Below, piece after piece: positions 40,025 through 53,863 of a stretch of 64,000 nt of DNA. Below the pieces are notes generated by a model that ran no database searches, was not told the DNA's origin, and was given only the letters and a program-made list of their open reading frames with translations. Within the stretch, counting starts at the first letter, position 1. Every line of letters starts with the position of its first letter. The DNA is from Chrysomallon squamiferum. Its lineage: Eukaryota; Animalia; Mollusca. Location: the NCBI GenBank assembly GCA_012295275.1, contig CM022678.1, positions 7,068,001-7,132,000 on the forward strand, in the 5' to 3' direction. Both the position numbers and the translations under genes were made by a program.

Positions 40025-40310
40025 AGTTCGCTCGATCAATCATGTCATATTTGTCAGTAATAATATAGTCTTTCCTTTAGCTGCCTTTCTTCTTCATCTT
40101 CTTCTTCTTTTCTTTTCACGTCTCAAACACAGTCTCCGTCGTTTTCTTAAATTTTATTCATAAAAATCACTCCCAGCAGACAAAGTCAATTATTTATTTT
40201 GTGAATTCAAGCAAGCTCGATCTTCTTAGGTAAATCACCCAGAAAGTGTCTACTTCGATCAACAGTAAATTCGTCAGAAAAGAAATTTTTTTTCCCTTCT
40301 TCTTCTTCAT

Positions 40311-40359
<49 letters not shown>

Positions 40360-40379
40360 TTTTTTTTTCTTTCTTCTCT

Positions 40380-40900
40380 ATCCCGAGTTCGCCTATAGAA
40401 TATCCGCGAATTAGAACCCCGACGTCTTTTGTTCGTCTGGTTTATTCATTCGTGCGGAAACGTCGACGTATTTGTGTAGCGTAGCTCTCCGGACAGGTGA
40501 AGTTTTTAAAAAGTTATCTCGAACGCGCTCGCTAGCTGCGCGGGATGAGGAACAGAGCGACCTATTTTCATTTAGGTACGGGCTGTGAAATCCGATCAGC
40601 TTACACCATCGAAACAAAATGGACGATGGAGGTGAACCCGCGTTTGATTATCTCCTGGCGAAGTTTGTAAACTTATAGCACAGTTTTTATTTCTCTTATG
40701 CCATTTTATTTTAAAAAAAAATTTATTATTGTTACTTGACGAGGATGGATGTTTGTTGATTGTTATTCGCAGACGTCGAAGATCTGTATCTGTGTCACAT
40801 TTTCGTGTGAATCCCCGAAGCGATAGCGTGAACGCGTTTTTGTTTTGGGGCGAAAGCAGACGAACTGAACGAGGAAAAAAGAAGAAAAATTGGGTTGTGT
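40380..40900 (+). promoter_or_regulatory. CpG-rich non-repetitive segment, likely smoothened promoter/5' UTR exon
   Basis: Local rise in GC and CpG (CGCGCTCGCTAGCTGCGCGGG etc.) about 2 kb upstream of the acceptor AACAG at 42730 that precedes the smo ATG. The TSS cannot be fixed from sequence. Confidence 0.4.
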
Positions 40901-42755
40901 TGACATCTGGAGGCAGTAGTATTGACTGGCTAGACTTACTTGTTATCATCAGTGGATTTGAAGGAAAAAAACGAAGAAAAAAAGATTATTTATGTTCGAT
41001 AATTATACAAGTTCGGAAACAGTGTGTGATAACTGGTTGTGCGGGTTTTAGTGGAGAGTTTTGAAAAGTGAAGCTTGGCTCATTCGTCGCTTTCTCTCTT
41101 TGTTAAGGTGTGTCGGAATGTGTTAGTATTCAAGTTATATTTTAAATACGTTTGACGTGTTAGTTGTTTTTGTTTCCTAATCAAACGTGCCAAACACACT
41201 GGTATATGTTTATATTTTATTGTTCTGCTAACTTAAGCGTAATATTAAAAAATTGTTAAATCTTCAGCTGATGTTTGTAAAACGTAAATGTTTACAAAGC
41301 TGACATTAATATAGTTTTAAAGTGTCGACGTCAAACCAACAGCAGCAACCGAAAGTAGAACTGTTTTAATAGCATAAAGACGTTTTTTAAAAGTAAATAT
41401 TTAACAGATACGTCATGGAAACATAACGTATGCATGTAATAACAGCAAAATATACAAGAACAACAACTGGAGGTGTTTTTCAGATAATAGAAAAAAGGTT
41501 ACCAATAACAACAAAAAAAAAAAGACTAGAATCTTCATTTCTCAAACGGTATGCACAAATTAAAGTATTAAAATGCAAAAAAGGAAAATAACAACACCAA
41601 GAAAATGAAGAAAAAAAGAAGAGACGAACAATAAATAATCGAAGAGAATTGCCACCTATCACGTTTCATTGAATACAAACAGGCTTTCCGCGGATCTGTC
41701 GCTTTTTTCTGTCAACTTGAAAAATTAAAGTGTATGAAAACTCGAGGGGAAAAGCGGTACTCGAATGGTGTTTAGTTGTGTGCTATCAGATGACGTCCTG
41801 TCTGACTTTGCATTTGAAAAAAACTGGCTAGTGAATGCCGGCCTCTCGACTTGTTCCATTGTCTGGACGTGTTTTCGTCCTGTTTGCAGATGGATATAAT
41901 TTCCTACTTGCTCATTTCTAATTCACTTCACTCGTGTGAGAACGAGGCTACAAGTTAAACAGATTTTTACAAAGTGCATGCGTGAATAATAAAAAAAAAA
42001 ACGAACGACGAATTGTACACGTATTATTTGATAAATTGTATACATTTTAATATGAAAGAATTATATAATGTATAAAGCAATGGATTGTGTACCTTGTTTG
42101 ATGAATTATATCCATAAAATTGGAAGAAGTGTTCAGATATATTTCATATAAAAACATACGAATGCACGTGCATACTGATAAATCGTACATATTCATCGAC
42201 AAACTGTTTAGATCACAAAGGACTGTACACTGATTTACAATACAACTAATTATATAATAAAACAGTGGAAATAGTTGGCGTGTGCATATCAGAAGTAAAT
42301 ATCTGTAGAAACTGCATTAAAACGTATTAAATAATTCTGACTGAATATTTCTAAAAATAATTATAGCTTTCACGAAATATCTTTAATTTAGTTTGTGTTA
42401 AATCAATTTTTCACTCTGTTAACTTTAAGAAACAATATTTTAAAAATGTGAAGAAGGTAATGCTAGAAAATAAGATTTGTGGTGATTTAAACGTGATCAA
42501 AACAGAAGGAAAAAAAAAAAAAAATAAAAAAGATTTTTATTGTGTTTCATATCACGTTAACAGAATTCACATCTTTCTAAAGTTAACCTCAATTTTTCAA
42601 AGATGGATACAATTTGCATTTCCGCATGCAATATTACATCATATTATTTAAGGAATTAAAAATTTTTGATATCTTTTCCCAGAATGAATATAGTTAACAT
42701 TCCTTGAATCATTTCATTCGCAAATAACAGGAGGATACCGCCATTACTTTCCAAG

Positions 42756-44698
42756 ATGGATGAACTAAAACGCTTAACCTTTCTCCACGTCATACTTGTT
42801 CTGCCTGCTATGACGTCATCACTGATAAACCCAAACCCTAACTGCCAAAGACAGAACAGCACGTGTATTCCGTTGAATTCCACCTTTTATGGGGAACCAA
42901 ACTTCCCTTCACGCACACGTCGCTGATGTTCGCCAACGACTCGGCCACCTTGGACGACGTCATGGAAAAGCTGTCTCTCTGGAGCGGCCTGCAGAACGTG
43001 CCCCAGTGCTGGCAGGTGGTGCAGCCGTACCTGTGCTCGGTGTACCTGCCCAAGTGCGACGACGTCACCCACGTGCTGGAGTACCCCAGCAAGGAGCTGT
43101 GCGAAAGGACGAGAGACCCCTGCAAGATCGTCGACAACTACAACAACGGCTGGCCGTCGTTTCTCCAGTGCGATCAGCCACACTTTAAAGAAAACTGTGG
43201 GGTGAGTTCTTTTTTTAGTTTGATGATTATGGATGTGATTCGATTTCTCTGCGTGGTGTTTGTGACTGCTGTGTGGTATGGGAGTCCACGAATCTCAGGT
43301 TGTTGATATATGGCGTGCATACGTGTGTATGTTATTTATTCTTCTTCTTGTCTGTCTCTGTGATTATAAGTATATAGTGCATATTAAGGGCGTCAAAATT
43401 TTAAGTCTTGAAGCAACACACACCAGTATATAGATATGCATGTACTAACATACATGTACAAATACACTTAAACACCTAGACATATACACACACACACACA
43501 CTCACACATATATACATATACAGAGATGATGTTCCTTATCTAGAAACACACACTAAAATACGCACACAAACCTATATTGAGACGATATTACACAACCAGA
43601 ACAAACACGCATACACACACACACACACACACACACACAGATACACACTTACGTACAACTACATAAACACCTCTCTAGATATACATACACACACAGACAC
43701 ACACTTTAAAATAACTGTGTCAATCAGAAAGTCATTTGATTACTTAATGTGATTACGTTAGCTAAAGATACTTCTACTGATACGCCTTAAATACTTGCGG
43801 ACCACGTGACCCGTCCACGGATCTAAATGGAGAGCTCATTTATAGATATTAGACTTATCACATGCTTCGAATTCACGCTTCACGTGTAGTGTAATTCAGT
43901 AAATGCAGTTGTATTTTTATCTTCATTGATGTTTAAGTAATTACGTCATCTCGTATCGGAAAAGTACTGTTGTTACTACTACTACTACTGCTTCTACTAC
44001 TACTACTACTGCTGCTACTACTACTACTGCGGCTGCTACTGTCTCTACTGCGACTATTACTACTACTGGTACTGCATTACTACTGCGATTACTACTACTA
44101 CTACTACCTCCATTGTGACTGCTACTACTACCACTACTGCGACTTCTACTGCTACTGCAACTGCGATTACTACTACTACTACTGCGACTCTTACTACTAC
44201 TACTACTACAACTACCTCCATTGTGACTGCTACTACTACTACCATTGCGACTGCTACTACCGATACTGCGATTGGTACTACCTCTACTGCGATTGGTACC
44301 ACTACTACTGCGACTGCTACTATGACTGCTACTACGACTGCTACTGCACTGCTACTACCTCTCTGCTACTGATACTGCGACTACTACTACTACTACTGCG
44401 TCTGCTGTTACTACTACTGCGACTGCTACTACTTCTACTGCGACTACTACTACACTACTATTGCGACTACTGCTATTACTACAACTAATAGCACTGCCAC
44501 TGCAGTCTTCACTATCTCTCTCAAACGCTATTAATTCTATTACAACCAAGTAAGTAACTACCATTACTTATATCACCAATATCACTCTACTGCTACTACT
44601 AATACTACTACAACTACTACTACTGCAGCCATTACAAAAAAAGAGTAATACTGATGATGATGATGATGATAATGATGATGCAAACACCGGTAAAATCG

Positions 44699-44729
<31 letters not shown>

Positions 44730-45305
44730 AAAAAAAAAAAAGTGATTGAAAGAAAGACCGAACGAACGAATGAATGAATAAACGAACGAGCTGTTTAACG
44801 AAACTTCAATACATCTTTTACATTAGCGATTCTTAACTGTAATAAATTTTAATATCTTTGCACTCCAGAACCTGTACAAAATCCACTCGAAAGAAATAAT
44901 AATTATTTATTAAACGGCTTCACGACGTGACGTAATTGAATATCAACTATTTCTATAACATCAGAATGTACTATTAATCTATAACGATGATTTTTAGAAA
45001 AAGAATTACGCTTCTTCATTACGTAGTCTACTGTCAGACGTTAGCAGCACGATACATTTTATGTGCGCCTTCCCATGAATAGGGAAGCCTAAAAGAATTC
45101 ACGACGTTGATTCATTAGTGCTGGGAATTGGCTGGGGCAGGAAATAACCCAGTGGGCACGCGCCGAGGGGGATTCGGTGTACAATACATTATGCCTCAGG
45201 CGAATGCTTTAATACTGAATGAATTTGTTTAACGACTTTTAAATACATTCATATTTTAATATTAATGTTTATTAAACATCATGATAGGTCGAAGATCCTT
45301 TACTG

Positions 45306-45379
<74 letters not shown>

Positions 45380-45601
45380 GTAATAGCAGTAATAAAAAGA
45401 TATAATAATAATATGCTGATAATAATGATGATCGGGATGTCAATCGTGATGATGATGATGATGATGATAAAGTACCCACTGCTTAACAGTATAGATATTT
45501 GTAAGAAGTATTTAGAGAAAAAGGAAGGTAAAAGCTAGATGTATTACATAAAATAAGAACAATGAAATAAAAATTAAAAAGTCATAAAAAGAAACTGTGA
45601 G

Positions 45602-45676
<75 letters not shown>

Positions 45677-46534
45677 AGTATCAACAAGAAAAAAGATTGT
45701 AATAATAATGATAATAATGAATACATTAATAAATAAGTAAATAAATAAGTATGTAAGTAAATAATTAAACAAATAAATAAATAAAATAAAAATTGAAATA
45801 CAAAGTTACAATAAGGATATTAATAAACGAAAGAGAAAGAAAGAAAAGAAGGAATGGACATTATCAATGAACTCGTATTTTTATTAACTTTCCAAAAGTC
45901 CCTATTTTACAGCCGCCATACAATGGCTACTATGCCACGTGACGTCATTCCTACTTGAGAACTCATCGAGTTAATACTGTCAGAAAGACAAAATCAAGTA
46001 CGTATTCCATACAATTCACTACAACAGCAAAGCCGTGTTCAATTGTTATTAATAATAATCGCAAACACTAATAAACTACACTAACAATAGTGGCGGGACA
46101 GCAGCAGGAGAAAAAAAAAATCATTCATTATTATAGTAAATGAATTAAAGTTACCTCCCTTGGCTTAAGGTTTTCAGAGTTTGAACGGCAATACAATGGC
46201 CGATTTGTTCGGGTCAGATCTGTGTTCAGATATACCTGTCTCCTCTCTAACATGCACGCGATCTTTGTTGTTCTTTTTTCGGCATACTGACCCACAGTGA
46301 AACGTTAACCTTGTAAAATTACTGCTGTAAGCTGTTTTCTTTAAAGTACGTCATGGCAACACGACAAACAAACACGAATGCATACAAGTACAGGTCTATA
46401 TAATTATATGTTCGTTTGTTAGGTCTTCTTCTGACACAAAAGGGTACACGCCTATCTAACTGCTTTTATTACTTCTGTTAGACAAAACAAAAACACTATA
46501 CAGTTGTTTTTTGTTTTTTTTAACTGCTATTCAG

Positions 46535-46604
<70 letters not shown>

Positions 46605-47412
46605 AATATCATAAACAATAGTGTCTTTTACATACAGATTTTGTTTCCATTTTCAATTAGCTAGCTGATATTAGTTACAGTTATAATTAAATTACCGAGA
46701 AAAAAATTCATTAGCATTAACAAATGATAAAAAAAAAAAAAAATGCATTTCAGTCGTAATCCCTATTTTATATGTATTGCTACTAGTATAAATATATGTT
46801 ACTAATATAAAAAAAAAAGGGTTACGTAAATATTTTTTGTGTAACCCATTTACGTGAGTTACACAGAATTTATTTTTGGAAACGCCTGTGATTATATTAT
46901 ATTGTAGAATACCAACAGGTATTTGAACACAGCATGTGTCGAGTTCTTACATTTTATTTATTTTTTTATTTTTGTTATTTTAGTAACAGAAATCTAATAA
47001 AGAGAAGAAATGAAAATATCTTCTTTGTCGCTCAATTACCACACATATAATATAAATTAGCTATAATATGATTTATATTAAAGTATTCCATGAGTAATAT
47101 AACTTACCTAATAAATATGCGAGTTTAATTATTAGAGTTTTTATATGTAAACGTTTCCCACTGTGTTGTATGCATTCATTCTTTTGTACGCCTGCACTGT
47201 ATTCTGATGCATGTATGTATGAGGATGTTTATATGTGTACTCTTATTGTTATTGCTTGGTCTGAGTTCGGATGCACTGTAAAAGCCTCTATTTAAGCTTT
47301 AGACTTTGTGTTTCAATTTGCACACGTCAAAGAGAAAGGTGAAGATTTTCTATTCGTTTTTAAGGTTTACCACTCATAATTTGAAAACAGATAAAAACAA
47401 AAATTAATAATA

Positions 47413-47454
<42 letters not shown>

Positions 47455-49487
47455 GAAAGTTGGATCAAATAAAATAAATGATGAATAAAAAAAGAAGAGT
47501 TCACAAGGAATGTATCAAAGTAAGGACATTTTATTTTTATTTATTTATTTTATTTTTTTTTTTTTTTTTTTTTTGAAAGGATAACGTTGACAACGATTTC
47601 AATATGTGAATGTCGTTTTGTAGGCGTTGGTATCCGGTATCCGACCTAGTTCTGACACTATAAAATGACGTTGTTAAAAAAAATATGTAGACAATACGTC
47701 TATGCTCGCCTAACAATTTACTACGTAGAATATAGTATCGACAGAATAATTTTTTTTTAAGTGATTAAGTATTTTTTGATACACTGAAAAAATAAAAACA
47801 TTTTATTTATTCATTTATTTTATTACATTTTTATTATATATTTTTATTTTTATTATTATATTTTTAATTAAAAAAAAAGAAAGAAAATTAACATTTTTAT
47901 TATTTTAAGCGAAGTTTTATTTTAATTTTATTTCTTTTTTATCTACCTCGAGTCTGGTTCTTGCATTTTATTTATTATTTTTATTTTAGTTACAGAAATC
48001 TAATATGGGGAAGAAATAAAATATGTACGTCTGTGCGAGTTTGCAACATAATAATAATAATTAATTAATTAATTATACATGTTTTTTATCTACATGAATT
48101 ATTTCAGAACATTTAAAAATCTAACGCGATTGTTGAAAAGAAAGTCTTCTGCAATAGAACGTCTAGAAGGAAGAGAGAAATTAAAATAAAGACATAATCG
48201 TTTGTTATATCTAGAAATGTCTTACCTTATTAGTATTTTTGCACATTCGACTTTGAAAATGGAATAAGTATAATCCAAATTAGTATATCCAAATAAATAA
48301 AACTGTGAAGTCTGATAAACTTGTTTTACGTCGTTAAGTAAACATGTCGATTATGACGTCATAACGAGTGATCTCATACAATATTTATTTTTTCTTCTTC
48401 ATTTGTGATTATTATTATTGTTATTATTGTTGTTGCTGTTTTGTTGCTGATGATGATTATGTTCATGTGTTGTTGTCGTAGGTGTTGTTGTTATAGTATA
48501 CAGTTTTTATCACGTTATAAGAATGGATTTACCAAGTTCGTAACGTAATTAATAATTATATTAATTATTATGGATTCTTAATTAGCTTCTTAATTAAAAT
48601 TTGTATTGCAGACAGATACATACGAAACTATTACATTTAACACAACCGGTCGTTGCGAACCCCCACTTATTCCGACGAAGAACAAGGAAAGCTGGTATGA
48701 AGATGTGGAGGGGTGCGGCCTACAGTGCCAGAACCCCCTGTTCACAGATTCAGAACACCGCCAAGTTCACGTGTTTATAGCCTTCTGGGGATCAATATGT
48801 TTGATTACAACATTTTTCACCGTGGTAAGTTTTCTCGGCACGATCGAGAATTGATTAAAATAATAAAATAATAAATAAATAAATAAATAAATATTCATTA
48901 AAGATTAAAAAATAATAATAATAATAATAATAAAAATAAAAGAAATAAATAAAAAGAAATCAATTTATTTATGGGATATAGTTATATAATATTCAAAATT
49001 CGATACCATTTATCATCTAGTCTAGACTAAGCCTGCGTTGACGTTCATAATGGAAAGTGGATTTAAAAATAGAGAAAAAAAAAAAAAAAAAAAAAAAAAT
49101 AAAAACTATTTAAAAATAATGCCTGCTTTTCGTTTCGCATTTTCAGCTCACATTTTTAATCGACTGGAAGAATGCCAGTCGCTATCCAGCTCTCATTCTC
49201 TTCTTTATCAATGGATGTTTCTTTATCGGAAGTATCGGTTGGCTCGCGCAGTTCGCGGGAAACGCGCGAACGGATATCGTCTGCCGTTCAGATGGAACTG
49301 TCAGAACTGGAGAACCACAGCTGGGGTAAATATTTTAATTTCTTGTTAACTCGTGTCTGTTTTTTTTTTTTTTTTGTTTGTTTGGGGTTTGTTTGGAGGT
49401 TTTTTGGGGGTTATATTTTAATTATTTATTTTTTCTGTTTATATATATAATTTATTATTATTATTATTAGTGGAGTTTATTATTTCC

Positions 49488-49534
<47 letters not shown>

Positions 49535-49627
49535 GATTTTTTCTGTTTATGATTTATTATTATTATTATTATTGATTTTTCTGTTTATAATTTATTATTA
49601 TTATAATTAGTGGAGAGTATTTTTTCC

Positions 49628-49671
<44 letters not shown>

Positions 49672-49976
49672 ATTATTATTTTAGTTTTTCTCTTTTTTCT
49701 TTAGTTTTTTTTGTTTTTCAGTTATTATTGTTACGTTATTTTTTTGCTATTTTTGTTTACTTATTATTGTTTCTTGCATATTTCAATATATTTTCTTTCA
49801 AAATAAATTATTTAAATTTAATATAAATCAGTTTATTAATTTAATATTCCAGTAGATATTTCTAGACATTTTTCTTTCTTTTTCTTTTTTTTTTTTTTTC
49901 TTTTAATCTTCTGTTCTTTAAATTGGGGAGAAAAATTACAGAAACAGAATGAATAAGTAATATGATAAATAGGTCA

Positions 49977-50032
<56 letters not shown>

Positions 50033-52953
50033 AGTTAGTTATAATTTGTTTAAAAGTTATATATTTTATGCTACAGATCTGGAGAATCAGCTTCCTGTAC
50101 AGTCATCTTTCTACTAGTCTACTACTTCATGATGGCTGGAATCACTTGGTTTGTCATGCTGGCTTATGCCTGGCATGTCACATTCAAGGCTCTAGGCACG
50201 CCACGAGACAACCTGACTAGCAAGACAGCTTACTTCCACCTCATCAGCTGGTGTCTGCCACTAGTGCTGTCCATTATCTGTCTGGCAATAGCTGAGGTGA
50301 GTGGAGTTGTCTGTGTGTGTGTGTTTTGTTTCTCAGTATCTGCATGTGTTTTGTATGTTTGCAAGTCTTTTTATGTTTTCATGTGTGTGTGTGTGTGTGT
50401 GTTTTGTTTCTCAGTATCTGCATGTGTTTTGTATGTTTGCATGTCTTTTTATGTTTTCGTGTGTGTGTTTTGTTCTCATGTTTTCTTATGTTTTGATGTG
50501 TGTGTGTGTGTGGTTCACATCTGTTAGAAGAAATTTGACAGCAGATAATGTGGTTTGCATTTTTAGTTCACAGATATTTATGTCCATATTCAAAATATCT
50601 ATCCATTTCTCTGCACATACAAGATAAGGTATAAATATAAATACAGACATGGAAAATTTGGCAAATATGTATCCACATATACACACACACATACAGATAT
50701 GCACACATACGTTACATATCTGCATGCAAACACAGTGCAAAAAAACAACAAAGATTTTAGAAACAAATACCTAAGGTGAATGTTTAAGTGTATGCATGAA
50801 CACACATGTACTAAACACATGCACATTTTTAATGACATGTTTTTCTCCTCAGATTGATGGTGATTCACTGAGTGGTATCTGTTTCGTGGGTTACATGAAA
50901 CACGGGGTACGAGCTGGATTTGTTCTTGGACCAGTCGCTGTTGTACTCGTCTGTGGTCTTTTCTTTCTTATCCGAGGTTAGTCTTAGTATCCATTGTAAC
51001 CACCACGTTTTTCTTCCTCAGACACTCTCTCCAGCTTACACTGGTGAATTACTGTACAAAACCCTGTAAGAATCTAAAAATAAATATGTGTGTGTGTGTC
51101 CTACTCTGTTCTAGTTTGTCACAACAACTTAACAGTACCCTTTTTTTGTTAAAATCTAAAAAATAGGAAACAGAAGTTTGATATTAAGTAAATATGGATC
51201 TAATAAAGTAGGATTTAAATAAACAGAATATGTATGTGTGTGTGTGTGTGTGTGTGTGTTTAAGTATGGATCTCTGTAAGTAACATCTTCATTAATGTGG
51301 CTGATAGAATCTACATAAGTAAGATAAACATAATTATGGATCTACTTAAGTAGGATCTACTTAATACAAGTATTGGATCTGCTTAAATAGAATCTGCTTA
51401 AGTATGTATTTGCATAACTAGGATCTATTTAAGTAGGATTTATGTAAATAGAATCTACTTAAGTATGGATATACTTAAGAAGTATTGTGTCCACACAATG
51501 TTAAATTTTAGTTAAAGTTTTATTGGTTTCCTTAAATTAATTAATTGATGGTAATGTTCAAATGTGTGCTTTTGTTTTATAGCATTTTGAAGCAGTTTAT
51601 TTAAGGAAATAGTTGCCTGCTTGTTTTGTTGGCAAATTAAAATGATCTAAATTCTTTTGCATACTTCTAAATGAATATTTTGTTTGTTTCATTTAACAAA
51701 TAGCTACTAATAACAAAATCTGTTTCAGGGTTGATCACTCTGATTAAGATAAGGAAAGATGTTCCTATGTCAGTTAGTGCAAAAGCTACCTCAAAAATAC
51801 GTGAAACCATCCTCAGATTAGGTGAGATAACAGACATAATTACAGCAATCATTAATCATTAAAAAAAAATTTGAACATGTATGCATGATAAATATGTATT
51901 AACCGTTAAAATAAAAACAGCGTTTCAATTATATAATTCAGTTTTAATTTTGAATTCTTTATTTTGTTATATTTTATTTTTATTTTATTTTTTTTTCTGT
52001 TAGTTTTAATTGTTTAATTAAATTCTGTAATTTTTGAAAGATTTACAAAATTTTTGAATTATTGTATTGAGATATTTAAAAATTATTATTCTTATAGTTT
52101 GTTTTTCCCTAATTTCTTATATATGTTTTTTTCCAAAATTGTTTTCTTAGGTATTTTTGCCTGTCTGGCTTTTTCATTTGTCATTATGACTTTTGTTCTA
52201 CATGTTTACACCTTCGCTAATGAGGACAAGTGGAGGGCAAGTTTCAGAGACTACATGTAGTAAGTGTACCATTATATTCATCATTTCCCATTCTAACAAG
52301 ATTTCGTGTTGTGGTTTGGATATAGCTTTGCAGTGTGTTAGAAATATGTTTTCCCTAACTTTATGAACCCACAACAGTAGTAGTAGCAGTAGCAGTAGTA
52401 GTAATAATAATAAAAGGAAGAAGAAGAAGAAGAAGAAGAAGAATGATAATAAAAAAAAAGAATAATGATAATAATGATGATGATGATGACAACAGCAATT
52501 GACAACAAAAATATTACTACTACTACTTCTACTTCTACCACTACAATTACTCCTACTGCTTCTACAGTAATAGTTTATATAAATAAATATGTAAGTAAGT
52601 AAGTAGTAAGTGAATGAATGAATGAATAAATAAATAAATAAACTGTTTGTTTGCAGCTGTGAGGCCAATGTGACTCTGACCAAATCGGTCAACAATGCCA
52701 GTGTCCAGGCTTGTGAAGTGACCAACAGACCCAGTCTCATTGCAGCACAGATTCATGTTTTTGCTTTCTTCGGAGCTGGTATAGCTATGAGTTCCTGGTC
52801 CTGGAATAAGGCGTCACTATCTTCGTGGGAACGATTTCTTAGAAAGTAAGTAAACAACAGTAATAGCTGAAAGATTTCCTCTTTTTTTTCAGTTCTGTTT
52901 CTTAATTCTTAAAATTAAATATGATTTTCTAGCATGAAAGTAAAAATTCACAC

Positions 52954-52997
<44 letters not shown>

Positions 52998-53826
52998 GTG
53001 TATTCACATATAAGGCATTTATTTCATTCAAGTTTTATTCCATTGTTAAATTTTTTTTTTTTAAAAATGCATTTATTTATTTACCTTTACTATTATCACG
53101 ACTATCATTATCAATATTATAATTATAATTGTTATGGTTTTAAATTAGATTATTTCTTATTAAATATCCTATTATTAGTAGTAGTATTATTATTATTATT
53201 ACTGCTATTATTATTTTTACTACTACTATTTTTATTATTGTAAAATTATTACCACTCTCTTTGCATGGTTTTAACATTATCTGACAATTATTTGTGAACA
53301 CAGAGTTTTCCGAAAGCCTTCAAACAAACCAGTAAAGTTGAAAAAACACAAGATGATAGCGAGAGCTTTTGAGAAGAGAAAAGACATCAACAATGGACGG
53401 ATGTCAATCAGCTTTCATAGTACACATGATGATCCCCTTGGTAAGGGAGCATTTATTATTCAATCTGTTATTAGCTTTTATATTTAATAAATAAAGAAAA
53501 AAAGAAGCATATATTACATTCACTAACAAATATGTACATACATAACCATCAAATTATATTCTGAAAATGGAAAAAATTATATCATTGTTTTGCTCATTAT
53601 TGTTATTGGTATGTTTGTTACTGTCATGATTATTATTATGTGTGTTACTACTATTATTATTATTATGATTATTATTATATTCTTTATACTAATAACATTA
53701 TTTTTTTAAACTTGTTATTATTATTATTGCTGTACTTATTATTATGATTATTATTATTGTACTTGATACTAATATCATTTTTATACTTGTCATTGTTATT
53801 AATATTATTATTTTTATACATGTTAC

Positions 53827-53863
<37 letters not shown>

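Noticed and set aside
42838-43188. Overlapping alternative-frame and antisense ORFs in the GC-rich first smo exon
   Set aside because: Expected by-products of high GC3 in the real smo frame.
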